DNA of 64,000 nucleotides, taken from the human T2T-CHM13v2.0 reference genome, Homo sapiens. The notes below the pieces were generated by a model, which saw only the letters and a list, made by a program, of their open reading frames with translations, was not told the origin of the DNA and ran no database searches. A program made the translations under genes and the position numbers. This document shows positions 1 to 13,739 of this stretch, in pieces (positions within the stretch are counted from its first letter, which is position 1; each line of letters opens with the position of its first letter). The stretch is from NCBI RefSeq assembly GCF_009914755.1, contig NC_060947.1. One strand, written 5' to 3'.

Positions 1-529
1 ATGTACACAATAGCATTATGAGATCATAACAACCATTGTGAAAGGGGAAATTAATTTGTCTGCCTGATGCAAAATTATCAGGTTGATTAATTGATGGCTA
101 TATCCTCTGCCAGATAACAAACTTTTCATGTCATATAAGTTCAGGATTTTGAAAGTATTTTATTACTAATAATTATGAGAAAATAGGGATGACAGTTAAC
201 TACGCCCTTCTTTGAAGAGCTCATCTATATTGGTTTGGTATATTCTTCTACATGTTCTTCTCTTAATGCTCTGATTTTTCCTTTTTATATTCTTTAAGGA
301 CAACTTTTCACATATTTCATAACATTTGTGTTCCTCACTCCTCAATTCATAACTCTCATGTATATCTACTCCAATGACTGAAATTTAATAGTTTTATTTC
401 TTATTTACTTAAAGATTTATATATCTATATAGTTCTATATATTACCCTTTTATTTATTTCTGGACACTTCTTCATATTTATTTTATTTTTGCAATTTTTA
501 TGAATAAATCTGTAGAGTTCAAATTCTAT

Positions 530-1105
530 GTATAAAATCAAACACATCATTACTTCCCTCTCCACTTCTCCAAACCTGTATTCTTATGCTCTTATTTTCT
601 GTTATGATTTCACCATCTGCCCAGTCAGCACACATTACAAATTTAGCCCTCCTTATTATTATTTTTTCATATTTCCTCCCTTCCTCAAACAATCAATCAT
701 TCACAAAGTCTAACCTATTTTTCCCTTAACAATATTTTATCCATCTCCTCTTTCATGTTCCAATTATATCATTCCAGTTCTGGTTCTCATTTTCTCTCAA
801 CTATTCATTTCCCAGCAATGGCTATATATATGCTTTTTAGAAAATATCTTAAACTTCCCTCAAGGACCCACTCAAATGCATCTCCTCAGTAAATGCTAGT
901 AGAAGGCTGTCTTCTCTTTGCTCCTGTTTTCTTGGTTGTACACGTGCTATGATATCTAACTAGAGCCAATATATGCTTTCCACATTTGTGCAGAGATTTT
1001 AAGTTCTAAGATCGTATGGGCCATACCATATATTTTCCCCCATTGGGCCTACCTCTACACCTGTGTGGAGTAGAAATTGTATACATATTTGCTTAGATAA
1101 ACTGA
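530..1105 (+). mobile_element. L2 (LINE2) degraded fragments
   Basis: Pyrimidine-rich L2-like text ending in an L2-type 3' tail. Confidence 0.4.
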
Positions 1106-1751
1106 ACCCAGAAAATTTTTCATAGTAAAGAATTTCATTGCTTTGAGGAAATTGGTCTTTGTTTTATATGGAGAAAAATATATCAGAAATTATTTGATTG
1201 GGGAATATATATTTTCTATAAGATGAAATGTAATCGTTTTATGTCTTGTTTACAGGTTTACTCAGATTTTATTTGTCTCTTTTGTTTTACTTATTTGAAT
1301 GAACTCATCAAATAATAGTTATTGTTTTGCTCAGTTGTTGCATAAAACAGTAGACCTTTCAGATGATTATTACCATAAGGAATTACTGAATAACTGATGT
1401 TTCACAAAGATAACAAGGTACTGGGGTTAAGACTGTTCTGAAAATTCTGAAATGTTCAAAGTGCAGGCTTTTGCAAAATTCTGTTGGCAAAGTACATCAC
1501 TTGTGGGTAGCAGTCTTTCAAAAGAAATAATTGTAGTTAGCACTTTCAAAGTAGTCTAATGGCCTCTGAATGCCTTCCCAATGAGTGGGGTAATGTATTA
1601 CTGGACTACCAATGGTTTTGCCTTTTGTGTGACCTCACCCAGTTTTTATGAGATGAAAATCCCAGGATACTCATCATTATTCATGCATTACAATTGTTCA
1701 TTCTCTTTCTTTCTTTTTATGACAATTTCCCCTGCCGCTTTCACTATTCAG

Positions 1752-2052
1752 AGGAGAAGCAATCTTGGAATGAATTTAAAAACTGAGATTTCCTAATACA
1801 TGTGGGGCTTAACACCTAGGTGATGGGTGGATAGGTGCAGCAAACCACCATGGCACACATTTACCTATGTAACAAACCTGCACGTCCTGCACATGTATCC
1901 CAGAACTTAAATTTAATTTAACTTTTAAAAAACCCTTAGATTTCCACAGGGCCGCCCATCCAACTTTTATATTGCAGGAATTATCTATCCAAAATGAAAC
2001 AGTGGAATACTTCAGACAAGTGGACTTAATGCTCTTCACATTTTCAAACAGC
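1752..2052 (+). pseudogene. Pseudo-exon split by an L1PA insertion (exon parts 1752-1793 and 1946-2052)
   Basis: Acceptor tttcccctgccgctttcactattcag|; removing the L1 and one TSD copy gives EKQSWNEFKN(*/L)DFHRAAHPTFILQELSIQNETVEYFRQVDLMLFTFSNS; weak donor AGC|gtgaat; phase 1 to 0. Confidence 0.5.
1794..1929 (+). mobile_element. 5'-truncated L1PA 3' end (older L1PA)
   Basis: ggggcttaacacctaggtgatgggtggataggtgcagcaaaccaccatggcacacatttacctatgtaacaaacctgcac; imperfect TSD AAAAACTGAGATTTCC (1778-1793) / AAACCCTTAGATTTCC (1930-1945). Confidence 0.9.
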
Positions 2053-2559
2053 GTGAATAACACAGCCAATTTGGCTTTAAATGCATCTTGTTATAGATGA
2101 TTTGGCCATTAACCTTGGCAATGTCAATCTGTTCTCACCATCATATTCCATAAAATTAGAATTCTTGATAATAGTTAGAGATGTACTTTGTAAGGATTAA
2201 TGCACTACTGGATTCTGAAAACACAATAGGAGGGAGAGAGATAGAGGAGTGATGGGAGTAGAGGAAGAAAGAACTAAACAAGACAGAAAAAGAACAAGAG
2301 GAACAAATTAAACAAAGAATTAGACATATGAGGATAAGTATATGAAAAAGATGAAAGAATGACACAAACAAGTAGATATATGCTGATAAAAATACCCAAA
2401 ATCTATTAGGGCACAGATTACTGACTGGAATAGTGAGCTTGTAGTACTTCAGAAGACTGAAATCTCTTACATTGCTATAGTCATATAATATAGGACATAT
2501 ATTAAGTTCCTACAGCGCCTGCTAAAACAGTCTACTGAAGGAGCTGTGGGTTAGATGAC

Positions 2560-2860
2560 TTTCTCCTCTGGCCACAGTTGATTGAACCAGGAGCATACAT
2601 CCGTTCCAGAGAGAACCATTCGTATTCTCCATGCTAGGAGTTTGGAATTGGGTTATTGCAATTCCAGTTAATTTCTTTTGTGACTAACACTCAGTAACGG
2701 ACACTGAGAAGATCTAGATTTAGGAACTGAGGTTGTCATTTTGGATCAACCATGCATAGTTAACATGAGAAAATGGGTTTTCAGAGAGAGAGAGAGAGAG
2801 AGAATACTAAAGCAGCCTCACAGAGAGAATTGGAGACAAGCGCTTATATAGTTCCAGAGA
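2560..2860 (+). mobile_element. Ancient ERVL/MaLR LTR fragment (LTR33/MLT1-like) containing (GA)n
   Basis: ctggccacagttgattgaaccagg motif and GA-rich segment typical of these LTRs. Confidence 0.35.
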
Positions 2861-2889
2861 CAGGAAAATATCCTACATGATCTTTTAAA

Positions 2890-3225
2890 GTAACTATCTC
2901 CTTCTCCCCACAGTTAACTACCATGACTAAAGATATTTTTACTATTTTTGAACTTTATTTGAATATATGTATTATTTTATATGTTGTTTCATTGACTCTA
3001 CATTATGTTTGTGAGTTTTATCTATGTGTTTGCTTGTAGCAGTAGTTCATAAATTATCATCACTATTTAGTATTACATTGTATGAATTTTTACTATTTAT
3101 GGGTATTTTGGTAGTTTCTAGTTTCTAGTTTGATGACATTAAAAATTAAGCTGTTAAAAGCACTCTTATATATGTCTTATAATATATATGTGCACCAATT
3201 TCTGTTGGGTAAATACCTAAGAGTG
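2890..3225 (-). mobile_element. L1ME-type 3' fragment
   Basis: Degraded antisense L1 3'UTR motifs (gtagcagtagttcat, ggtaaatacctaagagtg). Confidence 0.55.
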
Positions 3226-3659
3226 AATCCTATTTTTTTGACTCAATCCAATTTAGATATCATTTTCTCTACGAAGGCTTATATGCCCCCAAATCAAATT
3301 AGGACAATTGATCTTCTCCTGTGTGGCCATAGAAGCCTCCACTTCTTTCTAAGAGAGCACTTAGCAACCTGTGATGTAATTTGTTTGCATCCATGTTTTC
3401 ACCAAGAGTGTAAGATCCTGTCTTACATAAAGGCGAGGACCTTGTCTTACTAATCCTTGGATCTTTGGTACATAGCAGAGTTGCTGGCACATGGGCAATC
3501 AATGTGTGTTTACTTAAGTGTAAATATTAATGCAACCATATAGGTAAAAGACCTATATTGATGGACTGACGAGTACTAGAGATCTGGAATTTATTATTAT
3601 TATTTATTTTTTATTTTTTATTTTTAACTTGTGTAGGTACATGGGAAAGTATTAATTTA

Positions 3660-4330
3660 ATAAATAAATTAGTAAAATTTATGAGCACATGCTGTATACC
3701 CAGACTAATGCTAGGTGATGTTGTGGATGACAAGTAATAAATGAGAAGATTCCTGCTCTCAAGTACTATGAAGTTTTGCTCAGGAGAATAAATTGATATT
3801 TTTGAAATTATCTTAAACCAATATAGTAAACTTTTTGGTAAAATGGCTATTAGTACAATTCAATTTCAGGGAGTGAAGAGATTACTGAAGTTGAAGAATA
3901 CTGAAAGATGAGCCAAGATGGTTGTTGAAGGAGGTTGTCCCTTAGTTTAGAAAGGAATGGAGAATAAAATAAATAGGACAATGATCTAAGATATGGTAAA
4001 TTTAAATTTCACAAGTCTCATAAATTCTGTGGAATAGAAAGTCTTTTAAGACATATTTGGTTTATTCCTAGACTAATAAAGATGTGACCTACTCACAGAG
4101 GCTTCAGGTGTTTTGCGAAGTACATTGGCTTTTATTCAACGTGCAGTGGGACTCCAACTAAAGTGTTTCAGGAAGGTAGGTAATATAGTTTTATATTTTG
4201 TACAAGTTATGAGGGTCTGAATCATGGCAGTGATGGTAAAAGCACTAAAGATACAGAAAAACGTGAACATTATTGAAAGGTAGAATAAATAGAACATGGT
4301 GGTAATAAGCTAAGGTGATGAGAGGGTGCT
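3660..4330 (-). mobile_element. L2 fragment
   Basis: tttatgagcacatgctgtatacccagactaatgctagg (antisense L2 3' end) followed by purine-rich L2 body. Confidence 0.5.
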
Positions 4331-4786
4331 TTTTAATAAACCAAATAGGGAACTATAGATATGCTTTTGAAAACAAGTATCAATGGCCCTAAATAGTTCA
4401 GTGGAGTAAGTCAATGTGTAATCACTTTTAATAATGATATCCTTCATATGGCTATGGGGATAATTTAGCTGTATTTAGAGTTTGACAACACAATTATTAC
4501 ATTGAAATAGTTCTTTGTTCTATTAAAAATACTTGCACTGAGGTCTCATCAAAGGCTTTATGAGTCATTTATTTATGTATCTTGGGCATAATTCGTACTT
4601 TGGAACAAAGGAGCAACAGGCAGTTTTCATTGACAGTTTCAGAAATGTCTTTACTGGAGTTCTTGGGCTTTAAGGGTTGTAATAACTCAAAATGACTTTA
4701 ACGCTACTGCCTTAGTAGTAGTGTCCCACTCTAGCTGTGCATGAGAATCACATGGGCAGGGACAGGCTTTAAAAATGAAATTGCCA

Positions 4787-7466
4787 GAGGTGGAGCTAGA
4801 GCACCAAACAGAAGCTTCCAGTGATCACTTCCCCTGCAGGAACAACAGATTGAACAACTATCCACACAAAAAAGCACCTTCATAAGAACAAAAAATCAGG
4901 TGAGCAATCACAGTACCTGGTTTTAACATCATATTAAGGAAAGAGGCACTGAAAATGTTAGGAAAGACAGAATTGTATGGCCTACACCAGCCCTACCCCA
5001 TCCCTTGGCAGTGGTTGCATGGCATGGAGTGCTTGGGGAAGAGAGAGTGTAGTGATTGTGGGAATTTGTTTTGGAACTCAGTACTGCCCTGTCACAGTGG
5101 AAAGCAACAAGGGGCAGAATTTAGCTGGCACCCAAGGAGGAAGCATTTAGACTTGCCCTAGTCAGAGGCAAATTCTCTCCCCAGCTGTCAGAGCCTGAGT
5201 TCCGGCAAGCCCTGCCACCATTGGCTAAACTTCTCTGGGGTCCTAAATAAACTGAAAAGAGCCTAGATCACAAGAACTGCAATTTCTGGGCAAGTCCTTG
5301 TGCTGTTCTGGGGTCAGAGCAAGTGGACTAGGGGTGCCTGTGACCTAATGAGACACCATCTGGGATGGCCAAGTGAGTGCTTGCTTACCCCACCCTCAAC
5401 CCCAGGCAGTGAAGACCGCAGCTCCAGGAGAGGGTCCTTCCTTCTTCTTGAGGAGAAGAGAGGGAGGAGTGAAGAGAACTTTGTCTTGCAACTTTGATAC
5501 CAGCAAAGCCACAGTAGAATAGGACAAAAAGCAGAGTCCTGAGGCCCCCATGCCAGGCCCCAGCTCCTAGATGACATTTTTAAACACACATTAGGCCAGA
5601 ATGGAACCTGGAGCCTTGAAGAAAAGGACTCAGTACAGGCAGGATTCATTGCCTGCTGACTAAAGAGCCCTTGCACCCTGAATAAGCAACAGTGGTATCT
5701 AGGCACTACTTGCCATGGGCCTTGGGTGAGAGTCAGAGTCAAACTGGACTCAGGTGTGGCCCAGCATATTCTCAGCTGTGGTGGCTACAGGGAGAAACTC
5801 CTACTTGAGGGATGGAGGAAAGAGTAGAAGGGGAGTTGTCTTGCAGCTTGTATGCCAGCTTGGTCACAAACAGTAGAGCACCTGGCGGGCTCCGGGAGTT
5901 CCCAGTTATTGGCCTTGGCTCCTGGATGGCATTTTTGGAACTGCCTTGGGCCTCAGGGGAGACTACCACCTGGAAGGGAGAGACTCAGGCCTGATAGCAT
6001 TTACCACTAGCTGACTGAAGAGCCCCTGGGCTTTGAGAAAATATTGGCAGTAGACAGGCAGTACTCACCATGGGCTTGGTGTGGTGGTGCCCATGGAGAG
6101 AGACTCCTTTGCTTAAGGAAAAAAAAAGGGAACAGTAGGAAAGACTTTGCCTTGCAGCTTGGGTACCAGCTCAGCCGCTGCAGAATAGAGCACCAGGCAG
6201 ATTCCTAAGGTCCCTGACTCTAGGCCCTGGCCCCCAGACAACATCTATAGACCAGGCCAGGGCTGGGGGAATATGCAGCCTTGAAGAGAAGGACACAGGC
6301 CTGGCTAGAGTTGCCACCTGCTAATTGTAGAGCCCTTGGGCCTTGGAATGTATATTGCAGGTAGCCAGGCAGTGCTCACCACAGTTCTTGGGCAAGACCC
6401 AGTGTTGTGTTGGCTTCAGATCTGAGCCAGCACAGTCCTAGTGGTGGTGGCCACAGGGCTTCTTGTGTCACCCCTCCTATAGTTCCAGGCAGCTCAGCAC
6501 AGACAGACTCCATTTGTTCACGAGGAAGTAAGGGAAGAGAACAAGAGTCGCTGCCTAGTAATCCAGGTAATTCTTCTGGATCGTACCCAAGACCACCTAG
6601 GTGGTCCCTCTATGAATCTGCAAGAGACACAGCATTACTGGGCTTGGGGTGCCACCTAACAGAGATACAGCAGCAGTGATCAAAGACTTAGATCACAACA
6701 CCCAAGTCCGTTTGAATATTTGGAAAGCCTTTCCAAGAAGGTTGGATACAAATAAGCCCAGACTCTGAAGACTACAATAAATACTTAACTGTTCAATACA
6801 CAGCCACTGACAAATGTCAACAAGCATCAAGACCATCCAGGAAAACATGACTTAACCAAATGAACTAAGTAAAGTGCCAGGGTAATAATCCTAGAGAGAA
6901 AGAGATATGTGACTTTTAAGATGGAGAAATCAAATAGCTGTTTTAAGGAAGCTCAACAAAATTCTAGATAACACGAAGACATTCAGAATCCTATCAGATA
7001 GATTTAACAAAGGCGTTGAAGTAATTAAAACAAATTAAGCAGAAATTCTGGAGCTGAAAAATTAAACTGACATGCTAAATAATACGTCAGAGTCTCCTAA
7101 CAGCAAAAATAATAAAGCAGAAGAAAGAACTAATGAGCTTGAAGACAGGCTATTTTAAAATACAGTCACAGAAGAAAAATGAAAAAAGAATAAAGCACAC
7201 CTACAATATCTAGAAAATAGCCTCAAAAGGGCAAATCTAAGAGGTATTGGCCTTAAAGAGGAGGTAGACAGAGATCAGTGTAGAAAGTTTATTCAAAGGG
7301 ATAATGAGGGAAAGCTTCCCAAATCTAATAAAAGGCATCGATATTCAAGTACAAGAAGGTTATAGAACACTAAGCAGATTTAACCCAAAGATCACCTCAA
7401 GGCATTTAGTAGTCAAATTCCCAAAAGTCAAGGATAAATAAAGAATCCTAAAGCCAGCAAGGGAAA
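4787..7466 (+). mobile_element. L1M1/L1MA-type 5'UTR and decayed 5' part of ORF1, 3'-truncated
   Basis: 5' end motif aaaagcaccttcataagaacaaaaaatcaggtgagcaatcacagtacctgg; GC-richer repeated UTR units; ORF1 remnants from about 6800. Confidence 0.85.
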
Positions 7467-8500
<1,034 letters not shown>

Positions 8501-8782
8501 CCATATTTTAAATAATTCAGCTTTACCTCTCTTGTTTATTTTTCCTTTGTCTGTATATAATGTCTAATAGGGCTAGCCTGCAAATTTCTCTTTTCTATGT
8601 AAGGTGTCACATAATATGTTTCATGCAGGGAATTTCCTAAATTTTAGTCTTCAGAGTTATATGAAATGAACTTGTTATGTGCACTAGATACGTTGTAAAA
8701 ATTCAATCTTGTATATCAGATTGACTTAGAACAATGATATATGCTTTTAGCATTTTGAAAAAATACATTGATTTTTTTCAAG

Positions 8783-8821
8783 ATAGTGAGAAACGTTTTT
8801 CTCTCAGAATCACTAGAGAAG
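8783..8821 (+). pseudogene. Candidate 39-nt micro-exon with GC-type donor
   Basis: tgatttttttcaag| IVRNVFLSESLEK AAG|gcaagt (consensus GC-AG donor); phase 0 to 0, compatible with neighbouring exons. Confidence 0.4.
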
Positions 8822-9833
8822 GCAAGTTAGGATAAATTATCTTTTAAAGGCTGAGGAATTTCTGTGATGCTAGCCTAATAGGTTTCTTTGAAAAATCGGC
8901 AAATTGATGTACGTCACTTCTCACATACCTAGTTCATATCCTAGGAAATGACCTTGGACAAAAAGTTTATAAATAATTTCTCTTGTTATTATTAGCTATT
9001 CCAACTCATTGCCTCTGGTAACTGCATAATAACATTGCAGCCCCAAAGTTGGTGTGTGTGTGTGTGTGCAGGTACACACTTGCACTTATGAAAGAACTAA
9101 ACTGATCTGCATGAAAGAGGGTACTTATGTTGCTCTCATGATGTTCTAGATTACCCAATACCTTGGGAGTACATTCTTTATAGAATGTATATTATTGGCT
9201 TTTCTCACTAATGTCAGAATCCTGAAAAGTCAACTGACCTAAATGACACATTAAAAATATATATATATTTATATATACTTACTATGTATTTGGAAAATGT
9301 AATAAAATAAATCACCCAAGGCTTCTGATTCAGCAGGCTAATTTTATAAAAATTATTAAATATTATGTTTTCAGTAATAGAATCTCAGATAAACGTAGTC
9401 ATATTTGTTACTGTACAATGATTGTAACAGAAAAGTTTGAAGTTAGATATAACTAATTATCATTTATTCATTAATTTCACAAATTTTTATTGAGCACCTA
9501 GTATATGCTATACCTAAGCTAAGAATATAAAGATCAATAAGACACTGAAGATGATGTTCAAGGGAGTAATTTTAATGTTTTAAATTAAATCATTAAAATG
9601 ATTTTAATGGGCAACACAATCTGCTAGTTCTCTTTTGCTCATTGAATTTGACCTATGCATTATGCAGTACATTTTCGTGCTACTAATGTATAGTACTACA
9701 AAGAAAAATTTTGCTAAGACATGAGCTAGATTTTGTGTTGGCTAGATTGGTTTTCTGTTTGAACTTTCTGTTTATTTGATTTCAGTGAGAAAGTTGATAC
9801 ATCGACAATATTAATGGCATTTTTGAATAACAG

Positions 9834-9873
9834 AAATTCTATAATCCTAATGGAACAGCTATTTTCATCCTGT
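9834..9873 (+). pseudogene. Pseudo-exon upstream of the U12 intron
   Basis: ttttgaataacag| KFYNPNGTAIFIL(+T) |GTATCCTTTT; an alternative acceptor at 9785/9786 gives another open frame. Confidence 0.55.
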
Positions 9874-10865
9874 GTATCCTTTTCTTACCCTTATCCACTT
9901 GGACACACACATTTTTACATAATTGCAATTTGCTGTACATATTGTTCTTTTTTTTTTTTTTGCTTTGCATTTAAAATGGTATAACTCTTAACCATGTTTC
10001 TTGTAAGGTAAAACACTCTGAATGGCTCCATAACAATATAACGTTTAGAGGTTTTATCTGCAAAAGGCCAAACAATAGATTTCACCATTTTTCTCTTAGT
10101 GAATTAATGTTGTTTTACATTTCACAAGTCATTTCCCTGAGGTGGTGTTTCAGCCTTGGGTGTGTATTATTTGGGCTGGTATATTAAAACGTTATGAGTA
10201 TAGGCTTTTCTCAGAATTCAAATGAGCTTAAAGTTCAGTCTGTATAGATGGATTGTTTCATTACCTGAAATAATATTGAGATGGATTGTTTCATTACCTG
10301 AAATAATAATATTCATGTTACAGTATCTCTATTGGACAAACTTGGGGATGGGATTTGCATAGGGATACTCTTCCTTGTTTTTTACTGTAGGATAATTCTC
10401 ACAATTTGAAATACTTTTCACCTTATCTTTTTGTACTTTATAAGGTAGCATTTCCTCATAACTGTGTTTTTGTTCCTGTTGTATAAATTAGATGCTTATC
10501 GTAATTAAGTGAATTGTGTTGAAAGTTAGTCTTTAATTGAAGGGCAATAAATCACACAGTTTCTGAATATTGCAACCATGGGATACAGGGATAATGTTAG
10601 TTACCAACAGTAGTGAATATTGGTCTCTACACTTTTATTTTCTTGTTGATTTTTGATAAAATAAATAACGTTATTAAGCTTCATAGTAATGCAGTTACTC
10701 AATGACTTGTCTCATTTCAATTAACTAGTTTCATTTAAGTGGAATTTATTAGAAAACAGTGAAATCTTCTATACTTGTCAATTCCAAGCTCTTCAACATC
10801 TAAATCACATTGTGTTGAGTTGTTTGCTTAATTTAATTTTTTTTCCTTGAATACCATACTTGGAG
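9874..10865 (+). other. U12-type (minor spliceosome) GT-AG intron, 992 nt
   Basis: 5' site GTATCCTTTT at 9874; branch-site-like TTTTCCTTGAAT at 10841-10852, about 15 nt from the AG at 10864-10865, with no intervening polypyrimidine tract. Confidence 0.65.
10246..10308. repeat. Direct tandem duplication, 30-nt identical unit, period 33
   Basis: agatggattgtttcattacctgaaataata at 10246 and 10279. Confidence 0.95.
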
Positions 10866-11057
10866 CCAACTTTGTAAACTGTCACCTCCCATTCTGCAAA
10901 TGAATATGATAATTACTGTTTTTTTTATGGAAGGATCTTGGATTTTAATGAAAGGATGAATTGCTTCTCTCAGCAATATTCCAGGGATATTAACTTGTAG
11001 AATCCTGATTAAAAATATGTCATAATATGTATTCCTGAGGAACAACGCTTCCTGCAG
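10866..11057 (+). pseudogene. Pseudo-exon downstream of the U12 intron, with stops
   Basis: 192 nt between the U12 acceptor and CAG|gtagaa; frame PTL*TVTSHSANEYDNYCFFYGRILDFNERMNCFSQQYSRDINL*NPD*KYVIICIPEEQRFLQ (3 stops; the 5' part may be frameshifted). Confidence 0.5.
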
Positions 11058-12032
11058 GTAGAACCTTGCAGAGGGTAGAAGAGAACTTTGTATAGCACTG
11101 CACTTGGATCCTCTTATTTATTTTATCAGGGAGGTAGCATAATACACTTTAAAATGGATCTGAACAAATTTAAAAAGGGAGATATTTGGTGCAATTTACT
11201 CCACCTAAACTTATTATGTGTATATGCTGTGTTATTGCCATATGGCCTTTCACACCAAGAAAGCCAACATTAACCCTATGCTCAGAACATCTAAGGAGAG
11301 GTCTTTTTCTTTCCTAGCTAAAATCCTAATTTTGTTTATCTAGGAAGCTGGTACTAAATTTTTGACCAGGTGGAAACTGTTCTCTGATCAAATTAATTTA
11401 CTGCTTTTCTCATTTTTAAAAAACTTGTGAGATTTATTGTTAATTGGACCTTAAGTCTCTTTATCAGTTAAAAAAAACTTGCTTTTTCAGCTGTCTAGAT
11501 TTAAAGTGAAAACGAAAGAAAATAAACAAGAACAGATAAATCATGAGATAGAGAGCTGAATGTACTAAAGGCAAAAGCAAATGGGGAACAGTGGGCAGGT
11601 TATAAATTTGTTTAATTATTATGACATTTATTAATTGTTCCAACGAATAAAATTGACTAGCATATTGGCAATACGAAGTCTGAACTAATGCAAGATTTTT
11701 ATTCGACCCAGGAATGAAGAGTAATTGCCACAGACATATTTTACTTGTGTTTATTAAGGGTCTCTTTGCACACAAGTTGCATGTGGCATGGTAAAATACT
11801 AAATTAAAGGAATATCCCTTCCCTTAGGGACATTCTAATCATCATTCCTCTCCCTCTGAATTGCGTCTAGATAATGACAAAGTGTTAGAATGTATATAGT
11901 GCTCTCTTGACAACAGATTTCTAAGCCAAGTATTGGACTAAACTGTACCATGAATTGAACATGATAAAAAAGTCATACTAATTAAATAAATTCTGAATAA
12001 TCTATGTATCATCAATCATCTATCCGTATATC

Positions 12033-12074
<42 letters not shown>

Positions 12075-12082
12075 ATAGATAT
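12033..12082. repeat. (GATA)n tetranucleotide microsatellite
   Basis: agatagatagat... run. Confidence 0.95.
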
Positions 12083-12170
12083 AAACCAGGAATCACAGTC
12101 AACTTTTAAAGCATACACAGTGAAAATGATTTTAAAATACAAATCATATACTTTGTGTAAGTTTAGAATA

Positions 12171-12722
12171 TGTGATGGTTAACTTTATCTGTCACCTTGG
12201 CTTGGCTAATAGATGCCCAGATAGGTGGTTAAACATTATTTCTGAATGTGTCTGTGAACGTGTTTCCAGAAGATATTGGCATTTGAATCAGTAGACTGAG
12301 TAAATAAAATCACCCTTACCAATGCAGGTAGGCATAATTTAATCTTCTGGGGGCCTGAATGGAAGAAAAAGGTAAAGAAAGGGAAAATTCACAGTCTGCT
12401 TGAGCTGAAGCACCCATCTTCTGCCCTTGGACATCAACACTCATTGTTCTCCGGCCTTTGAATTCACACCATTGGACCCTGATTCTTGGGGGCTTCAGAC
12501 TTTAGCTGGGACTTATATCATTGCCTCCCCTGGTTCTCAGGCATTCAGTTTTGGACTGGAATTGTACCATCAGCTTTCCTGGGCCTCCAGGTTGCAAACA
12601 ACAGATCATGAGACTTCCCGGCCTCCATAATCACATGAAACAATCACTCATAATAGATCTCTTTCTATATGTCTATGTATATCTTATTAGTTCTGTCATT
12701 TTGGAGAACACTGACTAATTCA
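12171..12722 (+). mobile_element. MLT2B-type (ERVL) solo LTR
   Basis: Starts tgtgatggttaactttatctgtcacc, ends ggagaacactgactaattca. Confidence 0.88.
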
Positions 12723-12884
12723 GAACTGGAATGAAACTGTGACTTTTATTAATAAGTAAATAAAATCAGAAGTAAATGACAAGTCATTAGGTTTTATCTA
12801 TCTTGGCTTTTTCTAGCTTATCTATACTTCCTTATGTAAACTTCCAAATCACTTTATCTTTATCTCTCTTGTACTTTTACTGTC

Positions 12885-13735
12885 ACTTTTTTAAAAGTTC
12901 GAATTTTATTACAGATTAAAGGGTACACATGCAGATTTGCTACGTGGGTAGATTGTGTGGTGCTGAGGCTTGAGATGCCAGCAATTCCCTCACCCAGGCT
13001 GTAAGCATCATACCTAACAGGTGGCTCTTCAGCCCATACCCCACTTTATCTAGTGATTCCCAGTGTTTATTCTTCCCATCTTTTTGTTCATGTGTATTTA
13101 ATGATTAACTCCCACTGGTAAGTGAGAACATGAAATATTTGCTTTTCTGGTCTTTTGTTAGGTCACATAGGATGTTGCTCCAAAGGGCATGATTTCCTTC
13201 TTTGTTATGACTGCATAGTATTCCATGGTGTATATGTAGCTTATTTTCTTTATCCAATCCACTCTTGATGAGCACTTAGGTTGATTCCACGTCTTTGTAT
13301 TGTGAATAGTGCTATAATAAACATATGAGTGCATTTGTCTTTTTGATAGAATGAATTATTTTCCTTTAGATATATAATCAATAATGAGATTGCTGGGTTA
13401 AATGGTAGTTATATTTTAAGTTCTTTGAGAAATCTCCAAACTGCTTTTTGCAGTGGGTGAACTAGTTTGCCTTCCCATAAACAGCATTCCCCTTTCTCTG
13501 CAGCCTTGCCAACATCTGCTGTTTTTTAACTTTCTAATAATCACCAGCAGTAATCTAACCAGTGTGAAATTGTATCTCATTGTGGCTTTGATTTGCGTTT
13601 ATCTGATGGTTAGTGATGCAGAGCGATTTTTATATGTTTATTGGCTGCATGTGTATGTCTTCTTTTGAGAAGTGTTTGTTCATGTCCTTTACCCATTTTA
13701 TAATCAGACATTTTGGTTTTTGCTTGTTGATTCAT
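12885..13735 (-). mobile_element. L1PA15/16-like 3' fragment
   Basis: gggtacacatgcagatttgctacgtgggtagattgtgtggtgctgagg and downstream antisense L1 3' text. Confidence 0.85.
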
Positions 13736-13739
13736 CCAG

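Noticed and set aside
1363-1417. Exon-like segment tttcag|...AAG|gtactg
   Set aside because: All three frames contain stops, and the least-disrupted frame is out of phase with the 1752 acceptor.
4955-6679. Cluster of 60-142 aa ORFs
   Set aside because: All lie in the GC-richer L1 5'UTR, where chance ORFs are expected.
9786-9873. Longer exon version EKVDTSTILMAFLNNRNSIILMEQLFSSC from the upstream acceptor
   Set aside because: Open, and in phase with the downstream exon, but out of phase with the upstream candidates and without a recognisable motif. Kept only as an alternative; it cannot be excluded without an alignment.
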